Shown here one piece after another: positions 1 to 12,859 of a stretch of 64,000 nt of DNA (positions are counted from its first letter, which is position 1; the number at the start of each line of letters is the position of its first letter). Made by a program: the position numbers and the translations under genes. The stretch lies in the NCBI GenBank assembly GCA_964106645.2, contig OZ067052.1; one strand, written 5' to 3'. The notes under the pieces were generated by a model. It did not search any database. It was not told the DNA's origin and worked only from the letters and a program-made list of their open reading frames with translations. This DNA is from Podarcis pityusensis (Eukaryota).

Positions 1-649
1 AGGGCCATCAAGCTAACATCACACAGTCTGCAGCTCAGAATACACAGCTTGGCATTTAGGCTGTCATATTGCATTTGTTTCAAGGACATTAAGGGATGTA
101 GGAGACAGTACTGTGTCTGGGGGGGAGAGAGACATGAATTAGCCTTTGATGTTTTCTCTTAAATGCTTCTCTTGGTACTACACCAGGTGTGGCAGGCACT
201 TTTAAATACCCAACCCCCTTTTCCAAAATAAGCCAAGACTTGGGAGTTGCCAAAAAAATGGAATAGAGGTGGGGGAGAAGCTGCGAGAAGCCACAGACTG
301 GCTGGCACTCTGCCTGCCATTGGCTGGGAGAGAGGAGAGTTTGAACACATGGAGACTGGTATGTGGACGATAGTCAAGGTGGATTGAGCTGACCTCTCTC
401 GGCTGGGCTGTGATTGCTCTCCCTTTCCTATCTGAAAGCTGCATATGTGCTCCCTGCACTGAGGACTGGCACTGCCAGGAGCCAGGTGCCTGAACATGCT
501 TCCAGAGCCAAACTGAGAGCATGAACAGAGATTAAAGTCATTTTTATAATAAAAAGGGGGAGAAAGGAAGAGGCCACCTGGCAGCGTTGATCAGGGGAGG
601 AGGGGGAGAGGAGAAGTTTGCAAGCTGCCTTTGAATGACTGATGAAAGG

Positions 650-899
650 CAAGCCTTGACACATTTGTGGAGGAGAGGGCTATCGATGGCTACTAGCCAG
701 TATGGCTATGCTCTGCCTCCACACATAGAGGCAGAAATGCTTCTGAATACCAGTTGCTGGAAACCACAGGGGAGAGATTGCTCTTGTGCTTCAAACCTCC
801 TTGCTGGTTCCCATGGGCAACTGTTTAGCCACTGTGAGAACAGGATGCTGGACTAGGATGGGTCATTGCCCTGGTTCAGCAGGCTCTTCTAATGTTCTT
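650..899 (+). mobile_element. CR1 LINE 3' end fragment
   Basis: Same sequence as the CR1 3' UTR at 13974-14411 in the opposite orientation (...ggatgctggactag...caggctcttctaatgttctt). Confidence 0.75.
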
Positions 900-1509
900 G
901 GGACTTCTGGCTGCCTAGACCTCATACCTTTCCCTGTCTGTCCTCTACATGTTCTACTGGTGCACACTTGCACTCTTGCACATTGCAGAATCTTGATACA
1001 ACAGAGCGTACAGTCACATTCAGATTGGCTTTGTCTGTTTCTTACAATCTCTTATCAGTGCACATTTCTATGTTGGGAGGGCAGGGGCTAGGGAGACACC
1101 AAGGAACTAGAGGCTGTGCCAGATCATACATGCTCCAAGTTCAAAATTAGTTGTTGAGATTATCCTAGTTGTACTGGAATTCAGGGTGTGTGGAAGACAA
1201 TGCAGAGTGGGAACAGGGGGGACTCTGTTCATCCCCAAAGTTCTGACATCTTCCTACTCCTTGTTTCGAAACAAAGATACTGTGGGCTAAGCTGAGTAAG
1301 TGTAACATGCATTATTTGTGGCTGCTAGGCTGTAAGAGTCCTCTGACTTACCTTAAACATGCATGCTTTATTAGTTGTTCTTCAGGCAAGTAATTGGTAT
1401 AGTACATTATCCAAAGTGCTAAAGAGAGATGTCAGCCAGTTGCAGAGTCTTCTGTTGTACCCCCCTCTATGCTTGGGTTGCATGACAATTCTGGCCCACT
1501 TCCTCCCAA

Positions 1510-2187
1510 TGTCCTAAACCACGGGGTACCTGGCAGTAAGTCCTGTTGGAGTTCCCATGGCAGATGCTAGTGTGCAATCCAACCAATCCAAAGTCAGGAC
1601 AGGTTCTCACCTCTGCAACCAATCCAAGGGTCAGGGCACCTAGAGGTCAGTCCCACACACACAGAGTCCTGAAGAACATCCAAGCCATACTCCAACCAAC
1701 ATGGGAAGCTGGAACAGACACAGCACCTCAGCTCTGCTTCTCTCTTATAGTTTGCATGCTGTTTTCAACATCTGAGCTTGATGAGGCATGTGACCCTCAC
1801 CTGTTCTGAGCCTACTGCAGCTGAAAAATCACACACCTCCTCCCAGAGCTGCTGAGCCCTACATGGGCACCTAGTGAGCTGAGCTTTGGGCCCTTGCCTG
1901 CCTCGGCCTCCCAGAGCACCCCTCTTGCTTTTCCCTACGCCTCAGAGTCTGCCATGTTCATTGAGACAGGGGCCCCTCTGGCTCTGGTGATGGGTCCTGC
2001 GGCTCCAGTTCCTGTGCACTGACCCCCATCCCGCTCACCATCCTAAATCACCCCATGAGTATTTCCTACACCAACCTCTCCTTCCCTACCCCCAGCTTGC
2101 CCTGGTGTGTCCCAGTCCCAGGTACACCCTTTGCTGGGATCCTCTTCTTCCTCTTCCTCCTCCCTGTCGTCCTGCCAGTTCATTACA
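1510..2187 (-). mobile_element. Probable solo LTR (Gypsy/ERV-type)
   Basis: TGT...ACA termini. Flanks cccaa (1505-1509) and ctcaa (2188-2192) match 4/5 as a TSD. The purine-rich start on the minus strand resembles the LTR at 54364. Confidence 0.5.
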
Positions 2188-4509
2188 CTCAACTTGTCCC
2201 TCTCTCCTTCCTCTAATTTGATCTGGATGATCTGACCCTTCAGTCTTCTCTTTTGCTTGCAGGTGTTTTGAGTTTATTTTATTTTGCTCATGGCATCTCC
2301 CCCTTCCATTTGGCAGCACCTGTCTGAAATGTTATATTTTGCTCCTTCAGCTGTGGGGCTGTGTAATTGATGGCCTTGCCACAGTCTCGGAGCCTAGCAT
2401 TAAAACCTCCCTTGCTGCGGTTCCAGCACAGAGTTCATTACTTCTTGAAAAGCTTCATGCCTGTTTGTGCTCAAATTATGGCTATTCGGGAGAAAGGAGA
2501 CTATTGTCAGATGCAGAGAGAAGGGGAAGGCAAAGGCTTGAACTGAACTGGTCTAGAGATCACTGGAATTCTGCATAGTTCTCTTGGAAACAAATACTTC
2601 ACTGTAAAGGAGCCTTTCTGTTTTGCTCTCTTGAATTCTGCTCTGCATAACTTGGGTTCATCACTTGCCCAGGGGCAGAGATGGTTCTGCTAATTGCTTG
2701 CAGTTTGGTGGATTGCTGGGGAAGTTTTCTCCTGACACCCTGGTGGTAATGGGGTAATATTTGCACTCTGATCTCTGGAAAGTAAAAGTAATGGATAGGA
2801 GGGAAGGGCCAGCCTTAATGTTAGACGGGGCTGTCCCCACCATTGCACAGAGTGAAGCAGCAACCTTAGGCAACAGATGCTGGAGGTGGGGAGTAGGAGT
2901 ATGTCACTGGAAGACAGAGCTGTGTCTACAGACTTGCCCTGTGTTCTCAAATTAGTCTGCTGCCTTCAGGTATAGTTGAGGATGCTGTCCCATTGCCAAC
3001 GCTGAAGTACAATTCAACTGCCTGTCTAGTTGGCTTCTGAGCATGATATTTGGGGTTCTGTGTGCAAGCACCAGATAGGCCTTTACCACAGGAAGCAAAA
3101 TGTCTTGGGCATGCCCTGTTAGCTAACTATATGCTAGAGCTACTGCAGAAAACCTCTGGTAAAGTAAAATTGCAGCAAATGCAGAGACTTGTCCATGAAA
3201 TCAAAACATCTGAATAATTTCACAAGTCGCCAAAATAGGTGTAAGAGTTGTGCAATCAACACACACAAAAATCAATTGAAAGCTTTTCTGTGGACAGATA
3301 CTTTGAAAGTTGTTTTTCTTTCTTTCTTTCTTTGCAAAAATGGGTGTAATAAATTCTTCATTTATAGGAAACAATATCTTCAGATTCATTCTGCACACAA
3401 TTTTTTTAAAAAAAATTGTTTTGTGATTAAGTAATTGGGGAAATATTCAGTGCAGCTACTCAGTCTACTATGGGTTTTTTTAAAAAATTAGCTTTGGAGG
3501 TGTGTGGTGGTGGGGAATCCATCCCCAGTCCCATTCTGGATCTTCTGGGAGAGCAACAGAGGAGGGATTAAAGTAAGATCGCTGGATCAGCTGTGAGATA
3601 ATCTGTGCAGAGGAGAGGAGAGTGCTGTGGCAAACATCTCACTGCAAAACCTTCCCTACTCCAAGATTATGGAAGGCATGTGACATGACATTGCTCGGTT
3701 ATGCTGATATCTATCTATATATATATATAGATATATATATATATGCATGCACACAAGCTATTAATAGTGCTGAATTTCTAAAACAAGTGGTGCCAGCCTT
3801 AATTCTTCCTTCAGCCATCCTCTCTGCAAGGTCCTACTTGTGATGCCTGCTATGGACTCAGTGGCAATGGGTTGGTTCTCTGTATGTGCCCAGAGGCACT
3901 CTTTTAACCCACATGCCAAAGAACACCACTCCAAAACCAGGATGCAAGACCAAAGACTGATCTATAGCTAAGATCACTTGAGCCTCTCCTTCAAGGGTGT
4001 GGGAAAACTGAGGAGCGTGAGGGGACTCAGTTCCTTTCAGTTGTTGATTCTGTTTTTATGGCATATTTTAGTCATCCATTCACTTATTTATAAGAGCATT
4101 TATATGCCACAAGCTCATTCAAAATAATAATAAGATCAGGGTGGTGTACAATGAAATCAGTAAACCATCATAACATTATAAAGTCATGAAATGCAGAAGA
4201 AATGACCAATGCTAAATCATATTAATTCTCTTTAAAAAAAAAACTCTTGATGAAACAAAAAAAAATGCTTTCAGCATCAGGGGATCACTATGTTTGTGAT
4301 TTCCTTCTCTAATCCAAAGATAAATTGGGCTGGAGATCTCTCTAGTTCACAGGCCACTGATGGATTTGGTCAGGATCGAAATGTAATTGCACCCCAGAGT
4401 GGGTGATTTTTGCTTACTTATTTATCACTGCCTTTTAAGGCCAAAGCACTTGAGTTCTGTCCTTTTGTTTTTTTCCGCCAGGCTCCTTCCACCCCTCCTG
4501 CTCCCATAG

Positions 4510-4880
4510 CTTTTCAGCATTTAAGACGCAGCAACAGCAAAGTGATTACCAGGCTTTGAGATGCTGTGACACTTCCCTGCCAAAAAGTAATTGATTTATT
4601 AAAGATATTACAATACGTGCACGGCTTGACATAAGATGTTCCTTTGAACTTGCTCACTATAAAATCTCAAGGGAGTCTCTTTAGTTTCAGCACCACGGAC
4701 AGCAGAGCCTCCTTATCCCGACCTCCCTTCCCCATCACCCGGCTTTCAATCCAATTTCATTTTCAATACTGCAAGTAAATATCTCAGCAAGATGACTATA
4801 GTCCAGTGACCGCAGTGCAATCCAATTTAATAACATTTAAAAATTCAAAGTGATCGTTAGCTGGATGGAAATGTATAATT
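4510..4880. promoter_or_regulatory. Candidate conserved non-coding regulatory block containing the RE1
   Basis: Repeat-free with retained CpGs. Contains TGATTTAT (Pbx-Hox type, 4592-4599), TACGTGC (4614-4620) and CCTTTGAA (TCF/LEF type, 4641-4648) next to the RE1. Confidence 0.5.
4686..4706 (+). promoter_or_regulatory. RE1/NRSE (REST-binding neuron-restrictive silencer element)
   Basis: TTCAGCACCACGGACAGCAGA. The first 18 nt are identical to the canonical RE1 TTCAGCACCACGGACAGCGCC, with correct 2-nt spacing between half sites. It lies in unique DNA within a neuronal gene. Confidence 0.88.
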
Positions 4881-5429
4881 TCACACCCAAGTCTGCCTTG
4901 GGGGGGAAGGAGGGGGGAAAGAGAACAGAGAAAGGGAGGAGGAAAAGAAAGGATGGATAAAGAGAACAGAGACAAATGAACTAGATAAAAAAAATTGGAA
5001 AAGTAACTTAATTAAAAGTACAGGAACTAAGTTAAAACAATAATGATTTATACACCCCATAGTTTCTTTCTTTCTTTCTTTTTTAAAGGGGGAAATAAAA
5101 CAGAAAGAAACCCACTGTAAACAATCTTCATAATGATCAGGAGGATCAATAGTAAGAAGGAGGCCAGCATGAATTTTTCCCCAAACAACTAGCAGGAAAC
5201 AAAGAGGAGATGTCACAGCTGATAGAAAGTAACATTCCCAAACCAAGGGTGATATGTGGGAGAAGGGTAAAGATTTAAGAACATGAGTACATTCTTTCAA
5301 TGAATATTTACCTGCAATTGCATTGGCTATTCCCCTGCCTAAGTAATGTTTTAATTGGGGTGTGCTAACAATAAATGATGTGGAAGCATCAAACTGTAAC
5401 TGTAAAACAGCAACCAATCCATTTCACAA

Positions 5430-5662
5430 GGCTATCAGCAGCTACTAGCTGTGATGGCTAGGTTCTCCCTCCTAGGTTCTCCTTACTGTCAGAGACAGTA
5501 AGCACCTGAATGCAACTTGCTGGGAATCACAAATGGGGAGAGCACTGATATTCTTAGATCCTGCTTGCAGGCTTCCCATAGGCATCTGACTGGCCACTGA
5601 CAGTATGCTGGGCTAGCTAGATGATCCTTTGGCTCTCCAGCAGGGCTCTCTTTATGCTCTTA
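5430..5662 (+). mobile_element. CR1 LINE 3' end fragment
   Basis: Degenerate copy of the CR1 3' UTR family, ending in ctctttatgctcttat. Confidence 0.65.
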
Positions 5663-6447
5663 TACTTCTGCAGGAGTGAGACAGACGTGCCATGTCTGAG
5701 CACTTTTTCTTCTCTCCCTTCCCCTTCAGTCAGCAGCACATTGTGTCTGGTGCACCACAAAGCACCTGGCCATAGGACAATAGAGAGAAGAGTCCTCCTT
5801 GCCTCCAATAGAAAGATCCTGTGATTCCCAAGGTCCCTAGAACACCACTGTGTATCTTTGATGTAAGGGTAACATATTCACTGAAGGGCTGTTAGTAGAT
5901 GGAGGAAGCAATGGCTGGGGCACAGCTTGCATTGTACAATACATAGCCAATTGAAGTAGAGTCACGTTCCAGTAACTCATAACGGCTGTGTCCTGCATTG
6001 TTTTTGCTCTGCTAGAACACTGAAGTGACCTCCCTGGGGCACAAGCCTGGGCAGTGTGTATGGAGGTCCTTCTCAGCCTCCCTGATATGGTCCAAAGAAA
6101 AGAAGAGCAATAAATTTGGCACAAGATGGGTTTCTGGAGTTGCCAGAAGGCGGCATACAGACGCCATTCAAGTGCCTTAGGGACTCCACTCTGGATTTGC
6201 GTAGGGCTTACTCCTTAGCCTTTTCATCTCCCAAAGATGTCCCACAAGGCAGCGGGTATGAATAAAGTAAAAACATATGAAAACATACACCCACGTTCTG
6301 CAGATAAATACAATGAAAGCAAATGAATAAATATCGCTAAACTGGGATTGTAGGCTGGTTTGTTTTGAGCTACAGCAGATATCCATAGAAATCCAGAATC
6401 TGATGGATGATCAGTATGCCATAAACTCAGACAATAAGCCTCTAGGC

Positions 6448-7020
6448 CAGGGTTAGGGAACCTCAAGCCCAAAGATCAAATGCGGTCATTCTGGCCTCTT
6501 TGTCTGGCGCTTGGGACTCTCTCCTGGGCAATACCACCTTCCCAGCCACACAGCCTCTTTCCATAGACCACACTCCTAATGGATCCTGTTTTCCACCCTC
6601 TTTGAGTGTTTTGCCTGAAATGTGTTCTGGTAATGCTTTTTGGCTTTCTGGATACAGGACAAGAGGGTGTGTAGAATTATGCATAGAAACTAGCCTACTG
6701 TACAGAGATGCATTCATTGCTCTGCCCACATTTGCCTCTGGTCCCACCCACTAGGCTGCACCAGAAGGAAAATGCATTGATATTGATTTTTATATATTAG
6801 TAACTTTGTAATAATGTCACATTTTTATATGTAACTGTGAATTTTGCTAATATTTTGTTTAAGTTGTCTGTTGCTGCTTCAGGTTTTTGCACACTGCTTA
6901 GAGATATTTTTACTATATTAAGCAATATAGAAATTAAATAATCAATCAACTGGCAGGATGCTTGAAGAAGACTTCCCAGTAGGGAAGGCAGACCTTGAGT
7001 TAAAAGTTTCCGTACTCATG
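6448..7020. mobile_element. Degenerate hAT (Charlie/Buster-like) non-autonomous element with an AT-rich internal insertion
   Basis: Ends cagggttagggaacct and aaaagtttccgtactcatg. Flanks ctctaggc and ttataggt match 5/8 with a central TA. AT-rich block at about 6765-6950. Confidence 0.4.
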
Positions 7021-7509
7021 TTATAGGTTAAAAGACAAGAGTTACAACAATGCTCATTATCATAAGGCAATGCCTGACACCCAGAAGGTCTCTGGTTCAT
7101 GACCTGGTCTCAGTGTGAAATGATAGAAATGAAACAAGGTTTAAATCTGAGTGGAGTTGTCTTGTTTGAAGAACAAGAAAAAGATGAATAGATCTGTGCC
7201 CTGGCCTTCATTGCAATGCTCTTTATTTGATTTGGTTAGCAGAAGGGGGGAGGTCATCTATGGATGAGTGACCTATTCAGTATTTTTTTTTAAAGTTGCA
7301 TTGTTCACACAAGATCATCCCATTTTATCCTCACAACTTCCCTGTGAGATAGATTGGATTGAGGTGAGAATGCCTGGTCCAAGGTCACCCAGTAAGCTTC
7401 AGTTTTACTGCAGGTTTCAGTCCTAGTCTCCCTCACATCAAGTTGAGTGGGGAGAAAGTAGCACAACTCCTCTGGAATACTGTGTCTGGTTCTTGTCACT
7501 ACAATTTAA

Positions 7510-7735
7510 GATGGGCATTGACAACCTGGGAAGTGTCCAGTGAAGGATATATTGGATAGTGAGTTATCTGGAAACAGCCCTATGAGGAATAGTCCCAAGA
7601 TCTGAGTATGCTTAGCACGAAGAAGAGAAAAGTTTAAAGGGAGATAGGATAGTAACTTCAAATATCTATAGGGCTATCCTATAGACAATGGAGCAAATGT
7701 TCTCTCTCTTCCTCCAGAGGGGTGGACTAGACTCA
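7510..7735 (+). mobile_element. CR1 ORF2 C-terminal fragment (degenerate)
   Basis: ccctatgaggaa...gagtatgcttagc...aagagaa...gggagataggatag...ttcaaatatct corresponds to the CR1 motif YEERL.ELG.FSL.KRRLRGD.I..FKYL. Confidence 0.7.
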
Positions 7736-9317
7736 GTTAGTGGAAATTTCTGTGCATTGAGCCCCATCACAAGATAGTAACCCCAATAAGATCAGGAATG
7801 TAAACTGTAGCATTTTCCTATCAGACACAGACATCTGTTGACACACATTTTTCATTGATAAGCCTATATGAGCATAAACGGAGATCTTGCTTTTCTGACA
7901 ACCATCTCCAGACAGCATCTTGTCATTTCTAATTTTGCTTTGGAAATTGAACAAATGTTGTCACATTAGGATATATCTGACACCAGACCCATGTGCCTTT
8001 TATGCAAACAGTGCACAAGAGGCATTTAGCAACACCTCTCTGGCTCATTTTCCCCCACTCTTGTCTGTGATGCTGAACAAAGAACTTGCCATCCCAGACC
8101 ATGCTAAATTTGTCCAAGAGAAGGGTGTGTGGCTCAATTTGCTTTGCATACAAATGGTCCCAGGGTCCATCCCTGGCACCTTGCTGTAGGACTGGGTATG
8201 TCCCCTACCTGAAGTTGCTTCCAGGCAATCTGTTTATTTAGCATTCATCCTGATTAGTTTCCAGGGAGTTTAGACATTAGCTGCTTACTGAGCATTTATT
8301 TCAATGTGCTTGTAGGGAGGTTACACAGTGCTGCTGTAAGCCAGTGTTATTCTACACTTCCCAGTGCATTTTCCCATCTGTTTCTTTATTGCAAAAAAAT
8401 AAAATAAAAATGATACTTTGGAAAAGCAGATTTGCTGCTCATAGCCTCCAAAATCAAATCTAATTGTACAATCTGAATTTGCCAGTATGTGATTGAATTG
8501 CCCTTGAAAATAGTGGTGGTCCAGAAGCATCCTGAAACTCCAGAGAGCTGCTGCCAGTCAGTGTAAACAATGCTAAACAAGGTGCACCAATGCTGTGGCT
8601 CAGTGCAAGGCAGCTTCCTATGTATCTACACTGACCTCTATTTGTTCCTTCTTTTTCTCTGTTTAAATCCCATGACCGCAGATGCTGTTATGACACATCT
8701 TATGCTCCCTTGTAAAAGGTTGTTGCTGCATATTTTAAGAACAGTGACAGAAAAAGACTCTAATAGCCTCAAATTAATCCATTCATTCTCTGTCAATTGA
8801 AGGACTCATTATGTTGCCGCAGACTTCTGGTTTTCCTCCACTAAGTCTGACTAGGGGGTAATGAACCATTCAGCCACCACTATGTAGCATTGCCCTCCTG
8901 CAGGATGCAAGAGAGAGTGAGTAGGGGGAAAGATGCTAACAGTAGAAAGGGAAGGAGGAACCTTCATTAAGAAGCATTCAATGATGCATCTCCTTGACCA
9001 TCCACGATGACCCCATGTTCTTCAGCTTTGCTGTGAATACAACATCCACAGCTATGCAGGCAGCCCGGAAGCATCTGTTATTGTGTTTCTTTAGCACCTT
9101 TTGTTATCAGAGATAACAGTGCATGAAGGGAGCCATGTGTGGAGCTGGCTGCGGATGGAAGAAACCCATACCTGTTATTCCCTTGGGCATCTGGTTGGAC
9201 CAGATGGACCTTTGGTCTGATCCAGCAGGTTCATCTTATCTTGTTAAATCTGCACATTTTCACAAGTCCTAGCCTCTCTCACAAGGAGTTTCTGCTGTTA
9301 GCTGCTAGAATGATGAT

Positions 9318-9588
9318 TAGGGCTGGCTGATATCTGATTTACAACTTCGTGATATATCACCAGCTAAACATCACGATATACCGATATATCACAATGTCTG
9401 AAATAAGGATGGAGCTATGTAGAGGCATTGGCTGGCTCCATGGCTTTTCCCACATTGTGATTTTTGCATAGTGTGTGTGTGAACACGCACACACACACAT
9501 CATGATTCACACTATATGATGAAACTGACATCACGATATGAACTTTGAACCGGATTTGGACGATATATTGATACATTATCCTGCCCTA
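9318..9588. mobile_element. hAT (Ac-type) MITE
   Basis: TIRs tagggctgg and cctgcccta. Perfect 8-bp TSD atgatgat at 9310-9317 and 9589-9596. Internal cgatat/atatc subterminal motifs. Confidence 0.85.
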
Positions 9589-9661
9589 ATGATGATATCC
9601 AGCAACTTGAAAACTTCCTCTTACTCTCCCGGAGAAACTGATATGATCATGTACAGTATGG

Positions 9662-9976
9662 CATGGGTAGGCAAACTAAGGCCCGGGGGCTGGATCAGGC
9701 CTTCTAAATCTGGCCCGTGGACGGTCCAGGAATCAGCGTGTTTTTACATGAGTGGAATGTGTGAAAATGAGTAGAAATGCATCTCTGGGTTATTTGTAGG
9801 GCCTGCCTGGTGTTTTTACATGTGTAGAATGTGTGCTTTTATTTAAAATGCATCTCTGGGTTATTTGTGGGGCATAGGAATTCATTCATTTTTCTCTCTC
9901 CAAAATATAGTCCCCCCCCCCACAAGGTCTGAGGGACAGTGGACCGGCCCCCTGCTGAAAAAGTTTGCTGACCCTG
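9662..9976. mobile_element. hAT (Charlie/Buster-like) MITE
   Basis: Termini catgggtaggcaaact and agtttgctgaccctg are shared with 44776-45214 in inverted orientation. Flanks cagtatgg and atctatgg match 5/8. Internal ~65-bp imperfect tandem duplication. Confidence 0.75.
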
Positions 9977-11039
9977 ATCTATGGTATATACCTTTCTCAC
10001 CATGAGGTTCACAAAGGAGTGGGCAGACCCTCTAACTTTGAAGCAACTTGGTTTCCTTTTATCTCCTTTATCATTTCATTCAACCTGCAATATGAAACAG
10101 TGCAGTCAGGCAAGAGTTGTGTGATGTGCTTTTGCCAATCGTGTAGCAGCGCTGCTCTGAAAAAGGGATGGTCAAATGTTCCCCTGTTCTTCCTTCTCGC
10201 AAAAAGATTGCAAACTGTTTGCTGAAATGCCAGGAAATCACCAAAATCCCTCTGGACTTGCTTGTGCCTCAGGCAACACAAGACATCAGGGAAGGGGGGG
10301 ATGATTGTGGGGAGCAAGTGGTAGGAGTGGGGGAACAGAGAGTTATTGTCAAATTCCCAGCTTGCCCTTTCCGATCTGAAGTTCACTTGTAATATCTTCG
10401 TTGACTCCGGTTGCTAATACATTTTGTTCTCTAGAGTGCCCGACGCCCCACTTCCTCTTCAGCCCTTAATTAGTTTCTGGATGATGACATCTCCGTAGAG
10501 AATCAGGCAGCCTTGTCCCTCCAATCTCGGGGGGAGATAAAGGAATCTAATAAAGACATTCAGCATTTCTAGGTGACGGGTTTGACAAGCTTTGTATTAA
10601 CAAGAAGTCATGTTCAAATTTCCTCTCTTTTGCTCTCACCCTTCCTGACTCGTTCCCACACAGTGACATTTCACAAGGGGATTAACAGAACCACTGTCAG
10701 CTCTGAGGACTTGTAGGATGAAACAGGCACAGCCAAGAAGTGCCACGCCCTTACGCTAACCCCAGCAGGCGTGGGAGAGAGCTGCTTTGGGTAGGACTCC
10801 AAACGGCTGTCAACAGCACTTGAAGTTTGCTTGCAAAAAGCGCAACAAAAACTGTTGGAGGGATGGTGGTTGGGGATGAGACAAAACTTATCCCTGTATT
10901 TCCATGAGTGTTGCAAAGCTCCTCCCATCTTCAGCAATTTCAGCACTTGGTGCAAACATGTTGTCTTGATGACATTCCAATCACCACTGTTTTCTTTCTT
11001 CTTTGCCCTCTGCCTTGTTTGCTATTTAATGACCACCCA

Positions 11040-11745
11040 CATAAGAACCTAAAAAGAGGCCTGCTGGATGAGGCCAGAGGACCATCTAGCCCAGCATCCC
11101 AGTCTCATAGTGGGAGATGGCTATGTGAAACCATCAAGCAGGACCTGAGAGTAACAGCCGTCTCCCCCATTTGTGATTCCCAGCAACCAGCACTCAGAGA
11201 TGTATTGCCTCTAACAGTGAACATGAAGATGCAGAACAGATATCATGAATAGCAGCTACTTATAGTGACAGGGTGAGCTCCTGTTGCTTGGTCTCAGCTC
11301 CTGCCAACCTAGCAGTTTGAAAGCACACCCAAAAGTGCAAGTAGATAAATAGGTACCACTCCGGCGGGAAGGTAAATGGCGTTTCCATGTGCTGCTCTGG
11401 TTTCGGTGTTCTATTGCACGAGAAGTGGCTTAGTCATGCTGGCCACATGACCCGGAAAAACTGTCTGCAGACAAATGCCGGCTCCCTCGGCCTGTAAAGC
11501 AAGATGAGCACCGCAACCCCAGAGTCAGCTGCGACTGGACTTAACTGTCAGGGGTCCTTTACCTTTATAGCTTTGTCCTTCATGGAAATGTCTAGTTCAC
11601 GTTTAAAGCCATCCAAAGCCATCATTGAATCTTGTGGGAGCAAATTCCATAGTTCAACTATGCACTGTGTGAAGGACTTTACTTTGTCTCTCCTGGGTCT
11701 GCCAGCATTTGACTTCATTGGATGGTCCCAAGCTTGGGTATTATG
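11040..11745 (-). mobile_element. CR1 LINE 3' fragment interrupted by a Sauria SINE
   Basis: Begins cataagaacctaa...ctgctggatgaggccag. CR1 homology resumes at 11565 after the SINE. Confidence 0.75.
11266..11564 (+). mobile_element. 5'-truncated Sauria SINE (Squam1/POM-type)
   Basis: Contains gtgcaagtagataaataggtacc and gctggccacatgacccgga, with an (ACCTTT)n-type tail. 6-bp TSD ttatag at 11260-11265 and 11565-11570. Confidence 0.88.
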
Positions 11746-12859
11746 GATTTATTTGCAGAACTCCTGAACAACCTTTCCTTCCAAGGAATCTCTGCAAAGA
11801 ATGAACAGTTAAACAACAACACAAGTCACAAAAACATATTCCATTATAAGCATAAATATTTCCACAATACTGTTTTAGAAAATCTAAATCAAAGAGAAAT
11901 AAATTAAAGTGGGTTGTTGTTGTTGTTGTTTTACATTTATTTTAAAGCTTTGGTTATTCTAAGGCTGGAATTGTATATGATGATGCAAATGGGAATATCC
12001 ACATTGGTGAAAGTGAGATCAGAGTCAGCTCCCAGCTTGGAGCTTTGTTAATGCATTGCCTAGAGTGCTGAGCTGGTTACACTCTGATGTAACAGCACTT
12101 TTTACAAATACTGTCCTAATGCATGATTAAAAATTTCCCCTTCTCACGGAGTAATGAATTATGGTGATGCTTTATCATATAACATGCTGTCGAGATGCAT
12201 GTAAATAATGTTGTGTCCTCCAGCACAGAGAGGAAAGCTCTGTTGCCGCAACAAGAGAGGCTATTTGTTTTTTTGGGGGAAATCATTTAGAAGCATCTCT
12301 GCAACATATGACACATCTCATTAGGCCTCATTTTGAGGAGAGCAATTTCTATTAGTTATTTATTAATTGCCTATTAAGTCTGTGTCATATGTCCCCTTCA
12401 TTTCCAGGATTCTCAAGTCATTTCTGCAGATGGGCTCTGAATTCCACATATAGGGCTCAGATCTCACAGATGCTTTTCGTCAAGCAGGATGGGGGTTGCA
12501 AAGATACTGTTAGGATATTAATCTTGCTACCCTCTGTCCCACCCCCCACCCCCCAGTGGAATAGGATAATATTTTAAGCCATAACTGAACCTAGAGAAGC
12601 TCAAAATCTAGTGCAGTGTTGTTCAGTTAAATTGTAGGATGGGCTGGAATACACCCTGCCCTAACACCTGGTGGGCGGGGGAATATAATTTATCCCATGC
12701 AGCTGCTGTGCATGGAGACTGCACCCATCCCAGGCTTCCTGTTTCCTTATAATCATTGCAGTGCATGCAAAACCAATGAAAAATGAAGAGGAATAGTCTT
12801 CTTTTCCCTTATTTTGACAAGGGCTAAACACATCAGCCTGCTTTTGGTCTTAGTCACAT

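Noticed and set aside
4881-5417. 178-aa minus-strand ORF with hydrophobic stretches
   Set aside because: It arises from A/G-rich low-complexity DNA, with no domain signature and no ATG start.
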